Shown here piece after piece: positions 1 to 9,713 of a DNA stretch of 64,000 nt (the stretch's first letter is position 1; every line of letters begins with the position of its first letter). Below the pieces are notes generated by a model that had not been told where the DNA came from, ran no database searches, and saw only the letters and a list, made by a program, of their open reading frames with translations. A program made the translations under genes and the position numbers. This DNA is from Longimicrobiales bacterium. Its GTDB lineage: Bacteria > Gemmatimonadota > Gemmatimonadetes > Longimicrobiales > Gaopeijiaceae. Where the stretch lies: positions 128,001 to 192,000 of the forward strand of contig CBDCKN010000003.1 of NCBI GenBank assembly GCA_965218295.1. Direction: 5' to 3'.

Positions 1-589
1 GGAAACGGACGTGCGCCGTGTAGGTGCTCCCCACCCGGACGGGCCTCTGGGTCAGGCCCGGAACCCCGTCGTATCGGTTCTCGACCCGCACCCCGTGCCA
101 GCGCAGGGTGGTCGCGAAATCGACGTTGTTCGTGAACTCCACCACGATGGTCGCGTCCTGCGGCACTCTCAGCGTCGGGCCCGGGAACTGGCCGTTGAAA
201 CCGTACACCTTGACCATCCGGCTGCCGATCATCCCGTGCAGCACCCCGGCTTCGAGCCGCAGCGTATCCCCGTCGGCCAGCTGTACCACCTCAGGAGCAC
301 GAGCCCTCGGCAGCACGCCGATGTCCAAGTCCGGACCCGGCAGAAATGGCGAGACGTTGGGTAGGATCCCCATGAACGGGGCCATCATGGCTGGATTCAT
401 CCACGCGGGGTGCGGCGGCATCGTCCACACCAGGCTGTCGCCCATGTCCATGGCGTGGGCGGCGTGGTCCATCTCCTGGCTCCACACCTGACCTGCGAGG
501 AGGGCGAGGCCGAGGACCAGTGCCCCCGAAATCCGATATGATCTCCGCGGTCCGATGGACCGCCGGCTGTCCGTCTTGCGCATGCGCAT
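1..589 (-). CDS. Multicopper oxidase family protein, N-terminal part (runs off the window start)
   Basis: Manual translation from ATG at 589 (not in the ORF track because it has no stop in the window). It gives a signal-like segment, a Met/His-rich stretch (EMDHAAHAMDM), then YGFNGQFPGPTLRV...VVEFTN...TTLRWHGV...DGVPGLTQ, typical of cupredoxin domain 1. Confidence 0.85.
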   Translation of the reverse strand, partial: MRMRKTDSRRSIGPRRSYRISGALVLGLALLAGQVWSQEMDHAAHAMDMGDSLVWTMPPHPAWMNPAMMAPFMGILPNVSPFLPGPDLDIGVLPRARAPEVVQLADGDTLRLEAGVLHGMIGSRMVKVYGFNGQFPGPTLRVPQDATIVVEFTNNVDFATTLRWHGVRVENRYDGVPGLTQRPVRVGSTYTAHVRF

Positions 590-674
590 CACTTCAGTCT
601 AAAGCGAAACATCCCCGTCGGCCCACGGATGACCGAGACCGACGGGGATGACCGGTGTGAACCGAGTCGGCTGC

Positions 675-1211
675 CTACCCGTTGAAGCCGTACCCGGTGC
701 AGTTCTCCACCACGAAGGGACCGTGCCCGGCGGAGGTGTGCATCGCCCCACTCCTGGACATGCCTCGGAGCACGATCGGACCCTTCCAGCGCTCGGAGGA
801 CGAGCCGTCGTCCTCTTCCAGAGAGATGACCAGGAGGAACTTGTTGTATTCGACCTGTCCGTGGACGGTGCCGTCCGCCCCCAGGACACCGAGCCGCTTC
901 GTCTGGTCCAACGAGGGAGTCGTCACCCAGGCCACGTATGAGCCCCTGGATGGTGCCTTCAAACGGGTCACGCTGATCGCGATATCGCGGACGTAGTCAC
1001 CGTTCTGAGTCAGGTTCACGCCAAAGGGCGAGGGAGTGAACGTGACTTCGCCCACACCCGTGGCCATCCCCGAGCCGGCGACCCGCTTGGTGGTCACCAG
1101 CTCCACCTGGTAGAACACCGGAGAATCGCTGAAGGTGGCGATACACATGCCGGGCGTTACCGGACCGACAGCCTCCAGTACGGCCACCGCGAGAGGAATA
1201 AAGACGTTCAC
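675..1211 (-). CDS. Hypothetical, probably exported protein
   Basis: 178-aa ORF with GTG start 3 nt after the LVIVD gene stop; hydrophobic N-terminus; co-oriented within the operon. Confidence 0.7.
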   Translation of the reverse strand: MNVFIPLAVAVLEAVGPVTPGMCIATFSDSPVFYQVELVTTKRVAGSGMATGVGEVTFTPSPFGVNLTQNGDYVRDIAISVTRLKAPSRGSYVAWVTTPSLDQTKRLGVLGADGTVHGQVEYNKFLLVISLEEDDGSSSERWKGPIVLRGMSRSGAMHTSAGHGPFVVENCTGYGFNG

Positions 1212-1214
1212 GAT

Positions 1215-2561
1215 CTACTCGCTTATAGGACGACGCACGGGCTCATCCCACTTCTGAGCACTGGAGATGTCGGGCATCCCCCACTGCTCACCGTTCCAGC
1301 CCTGGAACCCATCCATCCGGAAGGTCCAGAACCCCGTGCTCATATCGCTGATCAAAATTAGCCCGTCCGCGTTTCTGACGTCTATACCGAAGGCTCCATT
1401 GTAGACCGGGTTGATCAGCGTAGTCCGTGGTCCGATGTAGGTGTCGTAGTATCCCACCGTCACCGGATTTGTGGGATCCTGTAGATTGACGACCTGGAGT
1501 CCGTCGAGGTATCCCGAAACGAACAACCACGGCCAACGGACCTCGTGGTTGTGGACCAGGTTGTTGTAGTCGGCCGTCCATCCCGAGATGGGCCGCCGTA
1601 TGTTGGTGACCTCACCGTCGAGGGCCGGCTTCAGATCGAAGAACCTCAGTGGAGCGAACTGGTACTCCGTTTCGGCGACGACGTACCGGCCGTCGGGGCT
1701 CGGCGTGATAGTGTGGCCGAAGCGCACACCGCTGGTTCCGCTCAACGTGATCCGAAGCTCTGGCGCTTCCGTGTCGGTGACGTCGTAGATGTAGTAGCCC
1801 CCACCTCCTCCCCCGTAGAAGCGGTCTTCATCCGTATCCGGATGGTATCCCACGTAGAAGTCGTGATAGCCCCGGTTGCCCCGGCCCTCACCAGCGCTGG
1901 GATTGGGCACACGGCCGGCCAGGGCCTCCTCGGCAGAAGCGCCCTGAACGATCTTGCCCAGATCGTACATGGGGGCATAGGGTCCGTTGATCGTGGTGAA
2001 GAGCAGCACACGGCCGTCGGAATGCTTGTACACGAAGATGTTGTGGAAGCCACCGGGAGCGAGCGGTTCGCGGATTCTCGCCACTTCCCGGACCGTGGAG
2101 GGATCCGGTAGGTCGGTGACGTCCAGCACGACGGCCCCCAGATCCGCGTTCGGTCCGCCCTGACCGAACTGGAGGGACTGCACCACGTAATAGCGCCCAC
2201 CCACCTTGAAGTGCTTCACGTCCTTCCCGCCGGGTCCGACATGGAGCGCCTGATCTTCGATGCGCCACTCGTAGAGGAGCTTGGGATCCTTGGGATCCTC
2301 GATGCTGATGATGTCCATGCCAAGCGGCCCGACTTTACCCAAGTTCGCCCGCCCGACATAGGCATAGGGCCGCGACAGCTCCTGCTCCACGTCCATGTCG
2401 GTGACGCTGAGCTGCGGGCCGAGGGGCAGGTGCCCCATCACGTCGATGTTGTCGCTTCCCCGTTTCAGAGGTGTCGCCTGGGCGAAGGCAGAGGACGGGG
2501 CGGATCCGAGAATCGTTAGGGCGACGACAACATTGAGGATGCTGGTCTGTGGACGTGACAT
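1215..2561 (-). CDS. LVIVD-repeat secreted beta-propeller protein (paralog A)
   Basis: Start reassigned to MSRPQTSIL. Signal peptide ending AFA-Q; repeats such as AVVLDVTD, YIYDVTD, LQVVNLQDPTNPVTVGYYDT; conserved His motifs GFHN, GYHD, GHT, VHNHE. Confidence 0.8.
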   Translation of the reverse strand: MSRPQTSILNVVVALTILGSAPSSAFAQATPLKRGSDNIDVMGHLPLGPQLSVTDMDVEQELSRPYAYVGRANLGKVGPLGMDIISIEDPKDPKLLYEWRIEDQALHVGPGGKDVKHFKVGGRYYVVQSLQFGQGGPNADLGAVVLDVTDLPDPSTVREVARIREPLAPGGFHNIFVYKHSDGRVLLFTTINGPYAPMYDLGKIVQGASAEEALAGRVPNPSAGEGRGNRGYHDFYVGYHPDTDEDRFYGGGGGGYYIYDVTDTEAPELRITLSGTSGVRFGHTITPSPDGRYVVAETEYQFAPLRFFDLKPALDGEVTNIRRPISGWTADYNNLVHNHEVRWPWLFVSGYLDGLQVVNLQDPTNPVTVGYYDTYIGPRTTLINPVYNGAFGIDVRNADGLILISDMSTGFWTFRMDGFQGWNGEQWGMPDISSAQKWDEPVRRPISE

Positions 2562-2653
2562 GGGAAGCTCTCTCGCTGTGGATGAAGCGCCGCTCGGTCC
2601 GGAACGCATCGGTCGAAGTGCCCGACAAGCTACGGGGCACTCCTCCCCTCCCG

Positions 2654-4003
2654 CTACTCGCTGATGGGCCTCCGGATCGGATCGTCCCACTTCTGGGCGC
2701 TGGAGATATCGGGCACGCCCCACTGTTTCCCGTTCCAGCCCTGGAAGCCGTCCATGCGAAACGTCCAGAACCCGGTGCTCATGTCGCTGATCATGATCAG
2801 GCCGTCGGCGTTCCGGACATCGACTCCGAACGCACCGTTGAACACGGGGTTGGTCTCGGCAGCGCGAGGGCCGATGTACGTGTCGTAGTAGCCTACGGTC
2901 ACCGGATTGTGGGGATCCTGTAGGCTGAAGATCTGCAGTCCGTCCAGGTAACCGGACACGAACACCAGCGGCCATCGAATCTCGTGGTTGTGGGTCAGGT
3001 TCTTGTAGTCGGCTGTCCAGCCCGAGATGGGTCGGCGGAGGTTGGTGGTCTCCCCGTCCAGGGCGGGCTGCAGGTCGAAGATCCGGAGCGGTGCGAACTC
3101 GTACTCCGTCTCGGCCACCACGTATCTGCCATTGGGTCCCGGCGTGAACGTGTGCCCGCCCCGAACCCCACTGACGCCCGTGAGGGTGATCAGTAGCTCA
3201 GGCTCCTCGAGGTCGGTGACGTTGTAGACGTAATAGCCGCCACCGCCGCCACCATAGAAGCGATCCTGGTCAGTGTCGGGATGGTAGCCCACGTAGAAGT
3301 CGTGGTAGCCCCGGTTGCCCCGGCCCTCACCAGCGCTGGGATTGGGCACACGGCCGGCCAGGGCCTCCTCGGCAGAAGCGCCCTGAACGATCTTGCCCAG
3401 GTCGTACACTTGGGCAAAGGGGCCCGACACGGTGGCGAACAGCAGCACCCGTCCGTCGGAGTGCCTGTAGACGAAGATGTTGTGGAAGCCACCCGGCATG
3501 AGAGGCTCTCGGATCCTGGCGATCTCGCGAACCGTGGACACGTCGGGCAGGCCGGTGACGTCGAGGACGACCCCGCCCATGTCCGAATCCGGACCACCCT
3601 GGCCGAACTGGACCGACTGGATCACGTAGTAGCGGCCGTTCACCTTGAAGTGCTTGACGTCCATCCCGCCCAGGCCGAGGTGCAGATCCGGCTCGTCGAT
3701 GCGCCACTCGTAGAGGAGCTCAGGATGCCCCGGGTCCTCGATGCTGATGATGTCCATGCCCTTCTCGCCTACGCCCCCATAGACCATGCGGCCCACGTAC
3801 GCATAGGGCCGGGAGAGCTCCTGCTCCACGTCCATGTCCGCGACGTTGAGGGCGGGGCCCAGGGGCAGATGTCCGAGCACTTCGATGTTGTCGCTTCCTC
3901 GCTTCATGGGGGTCCACTGAGCCTCGGAAGGCCTTGGGGCGACGGTGGCTAGAGCAACCACGACGGCAACCGTGCCTAGGATGTTGGTCCGCGGGTATGA
4001 CAT
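2654..4003 (-). CDS. LVIVD-repeat secreted beta-propeller protein (paralog B)
   Basis: Start at MSYPRTN (GGGAG RBS; alternative start 4036). Signal peptide ending SEA-Q; aligns end to end with paralog A. Confidence 0.8.
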   Translation of the reverse strand: MSYPRTNILGTVAVVVALATVAPRPSEAQWTPMKRGSDNIEVLGHLPLGPALNVADMDVEQELSRPYAYVGRMVYGGVGEKGMDIISIEDPGHPELLYEWRIDEPDLHLGLGGMDVKHFKVNGRYYVIQSVQFGQGGPDSDMGGVVLDVTGLPDVSTVREIARIREPLMPGGFHNIFVYRHSDGRVLLFATVSGPFAQVYDLGKIVQGASAEEALAGRVPNPSAGEGRGNRGYHDFYVGYHPDTDQDRFYGGGGGGYYVYNVTDLEEPELLITLTGVSGVRGGHTFTPGPNGRYVVAETEYEFAPLRIFDLQPALDGETTNLRRPISGWTADYKNLTHNHEIRWPLVFVSGYLDGLQIFSLQDPHNPVTVGYYDTYIGPRAAETNPVFNGAFGVDVRNADGLIMISDMSTGFWTFRMDGFQGWNGKQWGVPDISSAQKWDDPIRRPISE

Positions 4004-4046
4004 GAGCGGTTGCTCCCGCATTACCTTCTTGGACATGCAACGGTCG

Positions 4047-4078
4047 TACGTATACTCACGATATAGAGATACGTATAC
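4047..4078. promoter_or_regulatory. Candidate operator: TACGTATAC direct repeat, 23-bp period
   Basis: TACGTATAC at 4047-4055 and 4070-4078 in an AT-rich patch directly upstream of the LVIVD operon. Confidence 0.4.
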
Positions 4079-4114
4079 CTCTCCGAAGAGGAACTCGGAA
4101 GCCGAGATGCGCCC

Positions 4115-4864
4115 TCAATACACCGCCCGACCGCCGCTGAGGTCAAAGGTAAAACCCGTATTGAAACTGGCCTCGGGGGATACGATCCAGGCAGCCATGG
4201 AGGCAACCTCGTCGAGGGTTCCGCACCGTTGCATGGGAATGCGATCGGTCATGTAGGTAACCTGTTCGGGGTCCATCCCCTCCACAAGCGCGGTGCGGAT
4301 GACCGCCGGGGCCAACCCGTTCACCGTCACGCCGGATTCCGCGTACTCCTTCCCCGCCGACTTCACCAACCCGATCACCCCCGCCTTGCTGGCGGAATAG
4401 GCGCACATCCCCGCGTTGCCCTCTTTTCCGGCAATGGACGCAACCAAAAGAATGCGGCCGTATCCGCGCGGCTCCATTGCCTTCAGGGCGTATTTCGTCA
4501 TAAGGAACGACCCGCGCAGATTGATCTCGATCACTTCGTCAAACCCATCCGTGGGAACATCCGCCAAACGGACGCCGTTGGGCCCAACAATCCCCGCACA
4601 ATTGACCATGATGTCGAGCCGTTCCCACTTCTCCACCACATTCGATACACCATGGGAAACAGAGGCCTCTCGGGCGACATCGACGGCGGCCGCATCGACC
4701 GCGATATCCTCGGCGGCGCACGAAGCCACCGCACTCTCCAGCAAGTCCTCCTCCCGATCAAAAATACATACCCGGCAACCTTCCTTCGCGAGCCGTCGGG
4801 TAACCGCGGCACCAAGGCCCTGGGCACCCCCGGTGACGATTGCTACGTGATTATCAAATCTCAT
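4115..4864 (-). CDS. SDR family NAD(P)-dependent oxidoreductase
   Basis: TGGAQGLG, NCAG, YSASK (YxxxK) and DLSGG motifs; start MRFDNH. Confidence 0.92.
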   Translation of the reverse strand: MRFDNHVAIVTGGAQGLGAAVTRRLAKEGCRVCIFDREEDLLESAVASCAAEDIAVDAAAVDVAREASVSHGVSNVVEKWERLDIMVNCAGIVGPNGVRLADVPTDGFDEVIEINLRGSFLMTKYALKAMEPRGYGRILLVASIAGKEGNAGMCAYSASKAGVIGLVKSAGKEYAESGVTVNGLAPAVIRTALVEGMDPEQVTYMTDRIPMQRCGTLDEVASMAAWIVSPEASFNTGFTFDLSGGRAVY

Positions 4865-5195
4865 TCGTCGCGACCCCAAGGAAGAACACAGATCAGGAGA
4901 GCACCCGGGGTACCCACCGGAGGTGGGTCCAAAGCTCAGGTCTCAGGTCATCGCGCTCGGGCGTGAGCAGGGTAGTGTAGAGGAGTCACCCTCGGGGCAG
5001 CTCGACACTCAGTCCGTCGCGGGTTCGTCAGGCGGCGCCCCAAGCCCAGCACTCGGAAAAAACCTTCGGAAAAGACCTTTGAAATGCCCATCCCTTGCGT
5101 ACAAGCAGTGTACGAGCATATTGGCCCGTAAGCGCATAGTGAACCATTGGAATTCGCATTGAGCCACTATCAACGAGCAAGATAGAGCAATCATT

Positions 5196-6749
5196 ATGGC
5201 GGAATCAACTGCATCATCTGCTCTTCAACCGGGCGTACATAACAAGCGGCTTTTCTGGGGCTGCCTCATCGCGCTGGTTGCCACGTCCTTTGGTTTTATC
5301 GCTCGTGTTCTTACCGCCGGTGATTGGGGGGCCGAATTTGGTCTCTCCGAAACGCAAGTCGGGGAGATCCTTGGCGCCGGTCTCTGGCCGTTCGCGATAA
5401 GCATCATCCTTTTCAGTTTGGTGATAGACTATGTCGGCTACAAGGCAGCGATGTGGTTTGGCCTCGTCTGTCACACGCTCTCCACGGTCCTCATCCTCAT
5501 GGCGAACGACTACTGGATGATGTACATCGGGACCTTCGTCCTCGCCCTGGGAAGCGGCACCGTTGAGGCCTACATCAACCCCGTCGTTGCTACCGTTTTC
5601 TCCAAGGAGAAGACCAAGTGGCTGAATATCCTACACGCTGGTTGGCCGGGGGGCCTCGTCCTTGGCGGCATACTTGCCATTGCCCTCGGTGCTGACATGT
5701 ACTGGAAGTATAAAATCGCCATCATCCTTATACCGACAGTCGTTTACGCATTTCTGTTGATGAAGGAGCAGTTTCCGGTTCAGGAGCGGGTCGCCGCAGG
5801 CGTGTCCTACCGCGACATGCTAAGCGAGGTCGGCACCGTCGGCGCACTTATCATCGCCACAATGGTCATCATGGAAGTCGGTAGGATCTTTGGGTTCTCG
5901 CTGACCCTAGTAATTGCTCTGATCGTGCTGGCTACCGGCGGCTACGCGGCTTATACACGGTCCGCGGGCCGAGCGATGTTCATCCTGTTCCTGCTGATCA
6001 TGATGCCACTGGCGACCACCGAGCTTGGCGTCGACTCATGGATTACTGAATTCATGGCTGTTGAAATGAGCCAGCTGGGCCTGGCTGCAGGCTGGGTGCT
6101 CGTATATACCTCGGCCATCATGATGGTGCTCCGCTACTTCGCGGCCGGGCCTATCGTCGATCGGCTCACGCCGTTGGGCCTGCTCGCCGCCAGCGCGGCC
6201 GTAGCGAGTATAGGGCTCTTTGCGCTTTCCTGGGCTACGGGCGGCATGATGATCTTGTTGGCAGCCACGCTGTACGGCGTTGGCAAGACGTTCTTCTGGC
6301 CGACGACGTTGGGTGTCGTCTCTGAGCAATTCCCAAAGGGTGGTGCATTGACGATCAACGCCGTTGCCGGAGTAGGTCTCCTGGCCGTGGGTATCGTCGG
6401 CGCGCCCTTCCTCGGGTACATACAGGACCGTGCCATCGATGGGAACCTGTTTGCGACCGCTCCCGCGTTGCACGAGCAGGTTACGGACTCCAAAGTAGGT
6501 CTCTTCGGCGAGTATCGGGCGCTTGAGCCTGCGGCCGTGGCGGCTGCCTCCGAGGAAGACCAACAAATGATCTCCGGGGTGCAAGATGAATCCACAAAGG
6601 ATGCGCTGCGCACCGTCGCCGTGCTTCCGCTCATCATGCTCGCCTTCTACATCGGCTTGATTCTCTATTTCCGGGCAAGAGGCGGTTACAAGCCTGTCGA
6701 GCTCGAGCAAGAAAAAGAAGGGGACAGCACGGCGTCAGCCCTCTCCTGA
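5196..6749 (+). CDS. MFS transporter
   Basis: 517 aa with more than 12 hydrophobic helices; GSGTVEAYINP and GKTFFWPT motifs. Confidence 0.85.
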   Translation: MAESTASSALQPGVHNKRLFWGCLIALVATSFGFIARVLTAGDWGAEFGLSETQVGEILGAGLWPFAISIILFSLVIDYVGYKAAMWFGLVCHTLSTVLILMANDYWMMYIGTFVLALGSGTVEAYINPVVATVFSKEKTKWLNILHAGWPGGLVLGGILAIALGADMYWKYKIAIILIPTVVYAFLLMKEQFPVQERVAAGVSYRDMLSEVGTVGALIIATMVIMEVGRIFGFSLTLVIALIVLATGGYAAYTRSAGRAMFILFLLIMMPLATTELGVDSWITEFMAVEMSQLGLAAGWVLVYTSAIMMVLRYFAAGPIVDRLTPLGLLAASAAVASIGLFALSWATGGMMILLAATLYGVGKTFFWPTTLGVVSEQFPKGGALTINAVAGVGLLAVGIVGAPFLGYIQDRAIDGNLFATAPALHEQVTDSKVGLFGEYRALEPAAVAAASEEDQQMISGVQDESTKDALRTVAVLPLIMLAFYIGLILYFRARGGYKPVELEQEKEGDSTASALS

Positions 6750-6767
6750 GAGCAGCGGTCCCACGAG

Positions 6768-8654
6768 TTACCGAACGTCTCGAATGGACGGGCGGGCAGC
6801 AGTCGTGCCCCGCGGAATCACGGGCAGCAAAACGTGGGACGGGTACTCCGGGCTGTGGTAGACGGCCTGCTCGGCCGTCTCCATTCGGGTGCCCGTTCCC
6901 GGATCCTCCCCGGTATTCAGGTTTCGATCGAATCGCGGGAAGTTGCTGCTGGAGATCTCGACCCGGATCCTATGCCCAGGTAGGAACGTATTGCTGGTCG
7001 ACCACAGGTCGATCGTGTACTCGTAGACACCGGGTTCGATCTGGGTCGGCTGCGTGGGTGAGTCGCGATAGCGGGCCCGAATGATCCCGTCCTGAATGTT
7101 CTGCGCGTAGCCGTCGGGATGCACGTCCACGAGCTTAGCGGTCCAGTCGGTGTCCCTCGCTGACGTTGCGGCATACAGTGTGACAGTGATCGGGCCCGTT
7201 ACTTCGACCGGCTCCGTCAACTCGGGCGACGTATAAACCAGCACGTCGCGGCGGCGCTCGGCAGCACGCTGATCAAATGCGCCCATCGGCACGATGTTGC
7301 TCTGGCAGCAGTTGTTGCCGCCGAGCGTCGGAACCGGATTGGCAGGATCATACGTGAACGTGTCACTCGGGGTGCCACCCTCGGGCGGGTCGGTGGACAG
7401 GCTGCCGTCACCAAAAAGTGTGTTCGCGTTGCCGCCGCTGTGCAGGTAGTACTTCGTGTACCGCGTCCGCTCAAGTGGCCACTCATTCTCGTACCGCCAG
7501 TAGTTCTCGCCCATCACAAATATCTTGATCGGCGGCTCGTCGGCGACACCGTTGTCGATGCCCTTCAACCAGTAATCGAACCAGCGCAGGTAGACCGGCT
7601 GCATGTCGACTTCCGCCGCCGGACCGAAGTCGACCCGGTCGGTCTGATACGGCGCCCCGGGGAGGAAATTCGATCTACTGCCAAGGTCGTGCACCCACGG
7701 CCCGACCATGAGCCGCTTGCCCTGTCTGGCCACCTCGGTCTTGCCCTGTTCCCGGATCTCGATGTCGTCCTGAAGCATTCCGCTCAGGAAGATGTCGTAC
7801 CAGCCGCCAGTGCTTAACATCGGCACCGCGACTTTGTCCTGCGCCGCCTCGTGGCTGTTATCGTCCCAGTAAGCGTCACGCGTCGGGTGCCTCACCCAGT
7901 CGCGGTAGTGCTGGGTGCGGCGACCCACAGCCTCGTCCGCGGTGGCAATCGGTAGATGCTGGAACGCCTCGGGCCAGTCGTAGGCGAGGTACTCCTGGTT
8001 GACCCGCCCGTCGATGCGGAGACCGCCCCATTGCAGGGCAAATCCATACTGAAACGCCCCGCCCGTGTAGATCCAGTTCCCGTAGATGTCCAGCGTCGTC
8101 ACCGTCGGGGCCATGGCGGTCAGGTACTCACTCCCGCGGATCGCCTGCGTCATCTGCGTGAACCCGACGTACGACTCGCCAATCGTCCCGATCTTGCCGT
8201 TGCTCCACGGCTGCGTACCCAGCCATTCGTCGGTATCGAAGCCGTCGTCTGGCTCGTTCTTGAACGCGTAGAAGGTACCGTCGGAATCGTAGCGACCGCG
8301 GACGTCCTGCTGAACGACAACGTAGCCGCGCTCGGCGAACCATTTCGATTGCTCGACCGCGCCTAGCGAGTTGTTGCTGTAGGGCGTGCGCACGAGAATC
8401 ACGGGGAACGTTCCGTCGGCATCTGGCCGGTAGATGTCGGCCGAGAGGGTCACACCATCGCGCATCGGAACGCGAACGTTGTGCTCCATCCACACGTCGT
8501 AGCTCGGTTTCGAGAGTGTGCCCTGGTCATAATGGACGACGTCCGTCGGCTGTTGAGCCACGCCGACAATCTGTCCGCTGAGTCCCGGAGGGACGACCGC
8601 CGCGAGTTCCGTCACACCCGCGAGGAACAGGATGGGAAATGAACGCCGCATCAT
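6768..8654 (-). CDS. CocE/NonD family serine hydrolase (copy 1), secreted
   Basis: VPMRDGVTLSADIYRP, RTPY, QDVRGRYDSDG, nucleophile GESY, GGWYD, GPWVH, C-terminal SSSNFPRFDRN; GGAGG RBS. Confidence 0.93.
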   Translation of the reverse strand: MMRRSFPILFLAGVTELAAVVPPGLSGQIVGVAQQPTDVVHYDQGTLSKPSYDVWMEHNVRVPMRDGVTLSADIYRPDADGTFPVILVRTPYSNNSLGAVEQSKWFAERGYVVVQQDVRGRYDSDGTFYAFKNEPDDGFDTDEWLGTQPWSNGKIGTIGESYVGFTQMTQAIRGSEYLTAMAPTVTTLDIYGNWIYTGGAFQYGFALQWGGLRIDGRVNQEYLAYDWPEAFQHLPIATADEAVGRRTQHYRDWVRHPTRDAYWDDNSHEAAQDKVAVPMLSTGGWYDIFLSGMLQDDIEIREQGKTEVARQGKRLMVGPWVHDLGSRSNFLPGAPYQTDRVDFGPAAEVDMQPVYLRWFDYWLKGIDNGVADEPPIKIFVMGENYWRYENEWPLERTRYTKYYLHSGGNANTLFGDGSLSTDPPEGGTPSDTFTYDPANPVPTLGGNNCCQSNIVPMGAFDQRAAERRRDVLVYTSPELTEPVEVTGPITVTLYAATSARDTDWTAKLVDVHPDGYAQNIQDGIIRARYRDSPTQPTQIEPGVYEYTIDLWSTSNTFLPGHRIRVEISSSNFPRFDRNLNTGEDPGTGTRMETAEQAVYHSPEYPSHVLLPVIPRGTTAARPSIRDVR

Positions 8655-8745
8655 CGCTTCACCTCCGTATGATGGACGGGTAACCTTGTGAGGTGCTGGA
8701 GTTTCTCGAACACGACCGAATGTTGGCTACGGTAACGGTGGGGTT

Positions 8746-8774
8746 ATTCTACCGCCAGTTGGTCTATCGGGTAA
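8746..8774 (-). promoter_or_regulatory. Sigma70-like promoter of CocE copy 1 (TTACCC-N17-TAGAAT)
   Basis: -35 at 8769-8774 and -10 at 8746-8751 with a 17-nt spacer; identical upstream of copy 2. Confidence 0.55.
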
Positions 8775-9713
8775 GCTGAGGTCCTTCTCCACCCAATCGG
8801 TCGGAAGCCGTCGCCCGGGTCGTGCGCACCTCCGGGGACCGCTACCGCGTCGATCGGCCAGATGTTTTATCGTTATGACGCGCGGGCCGAAGACGGCGGT
8901 CTTGTACACCCTGGCTCGGAATGCCTACCTGTGTCGCCAATCCAGAAAGGATATCTCCTCCTCGCCGACATCTCTGGCTTCACGGCCTTTCTGGAGGGCA
9001 CGGAACTGGATCATGCCCAGGGCGTCATCGAGAACGTCATGCGCACGATCATCGGTGAGCTGACGCCTGCCTTGCAACTCGCCGAGGTGGAAGGCGACGC
9101 GGTCTTCGTATATGGCCTCGAGGAGGGGGTGACGCGCGGGGAGCTCATCTTCGAGCTGGTCGATGCCACGTACACGGCGTTCCGCGACCTTCGCAGGACC
9201 ATGAGCCGCAACGCCGCCTGTCCATGCCGGGCTTGTCAGTCCATCGATCATTTGGATCTGAAGTTCGTCATCCACTTCGGCGACTTCGTGCTCCAGGACG
9301 TGACCGGCAGGAGCAAGCCGCTCGGTTCCTCCGTGAACCTCGCTCACCGCCTGCTCAAGAACCACGTGACCGAACAGACGGGCTGGCATGCCTACGCTCT
9401 CTTCTCGGAGGCTACCCTCGAGCGGATGGGCATAGAGTCGCACGGCATGGGCGAGTTCGTCGAAGAGTACGACCATCTGGGTGAGGTCAGACTGTTCGGG
9501 CTCGATCTCGATGGTCGGTACCTCGACCTGGTCGACGGGCGCCGCATCCAAGTCGACGCCGAGGACTCGCATATCTCCGTCTCGAGGAGGTTCGGCACTT
9601 CACCCGCCACGACCTGGGACTGGTTCAACGACCCTGTGAAACGATCGCGGTGGATGCCGGGCTCGGACTGGCACGCACTGGCGCGCCCCGATGGGCGTAC
9701 CGGCCGCGGCGCA

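Noticed and set aside
1215..2975. 586-aa extended version of LVIVD paralog A
   Set aside because: The extension overlaps paralog B in another frame; the signal peptide and paralog alignment place the start at 2561.
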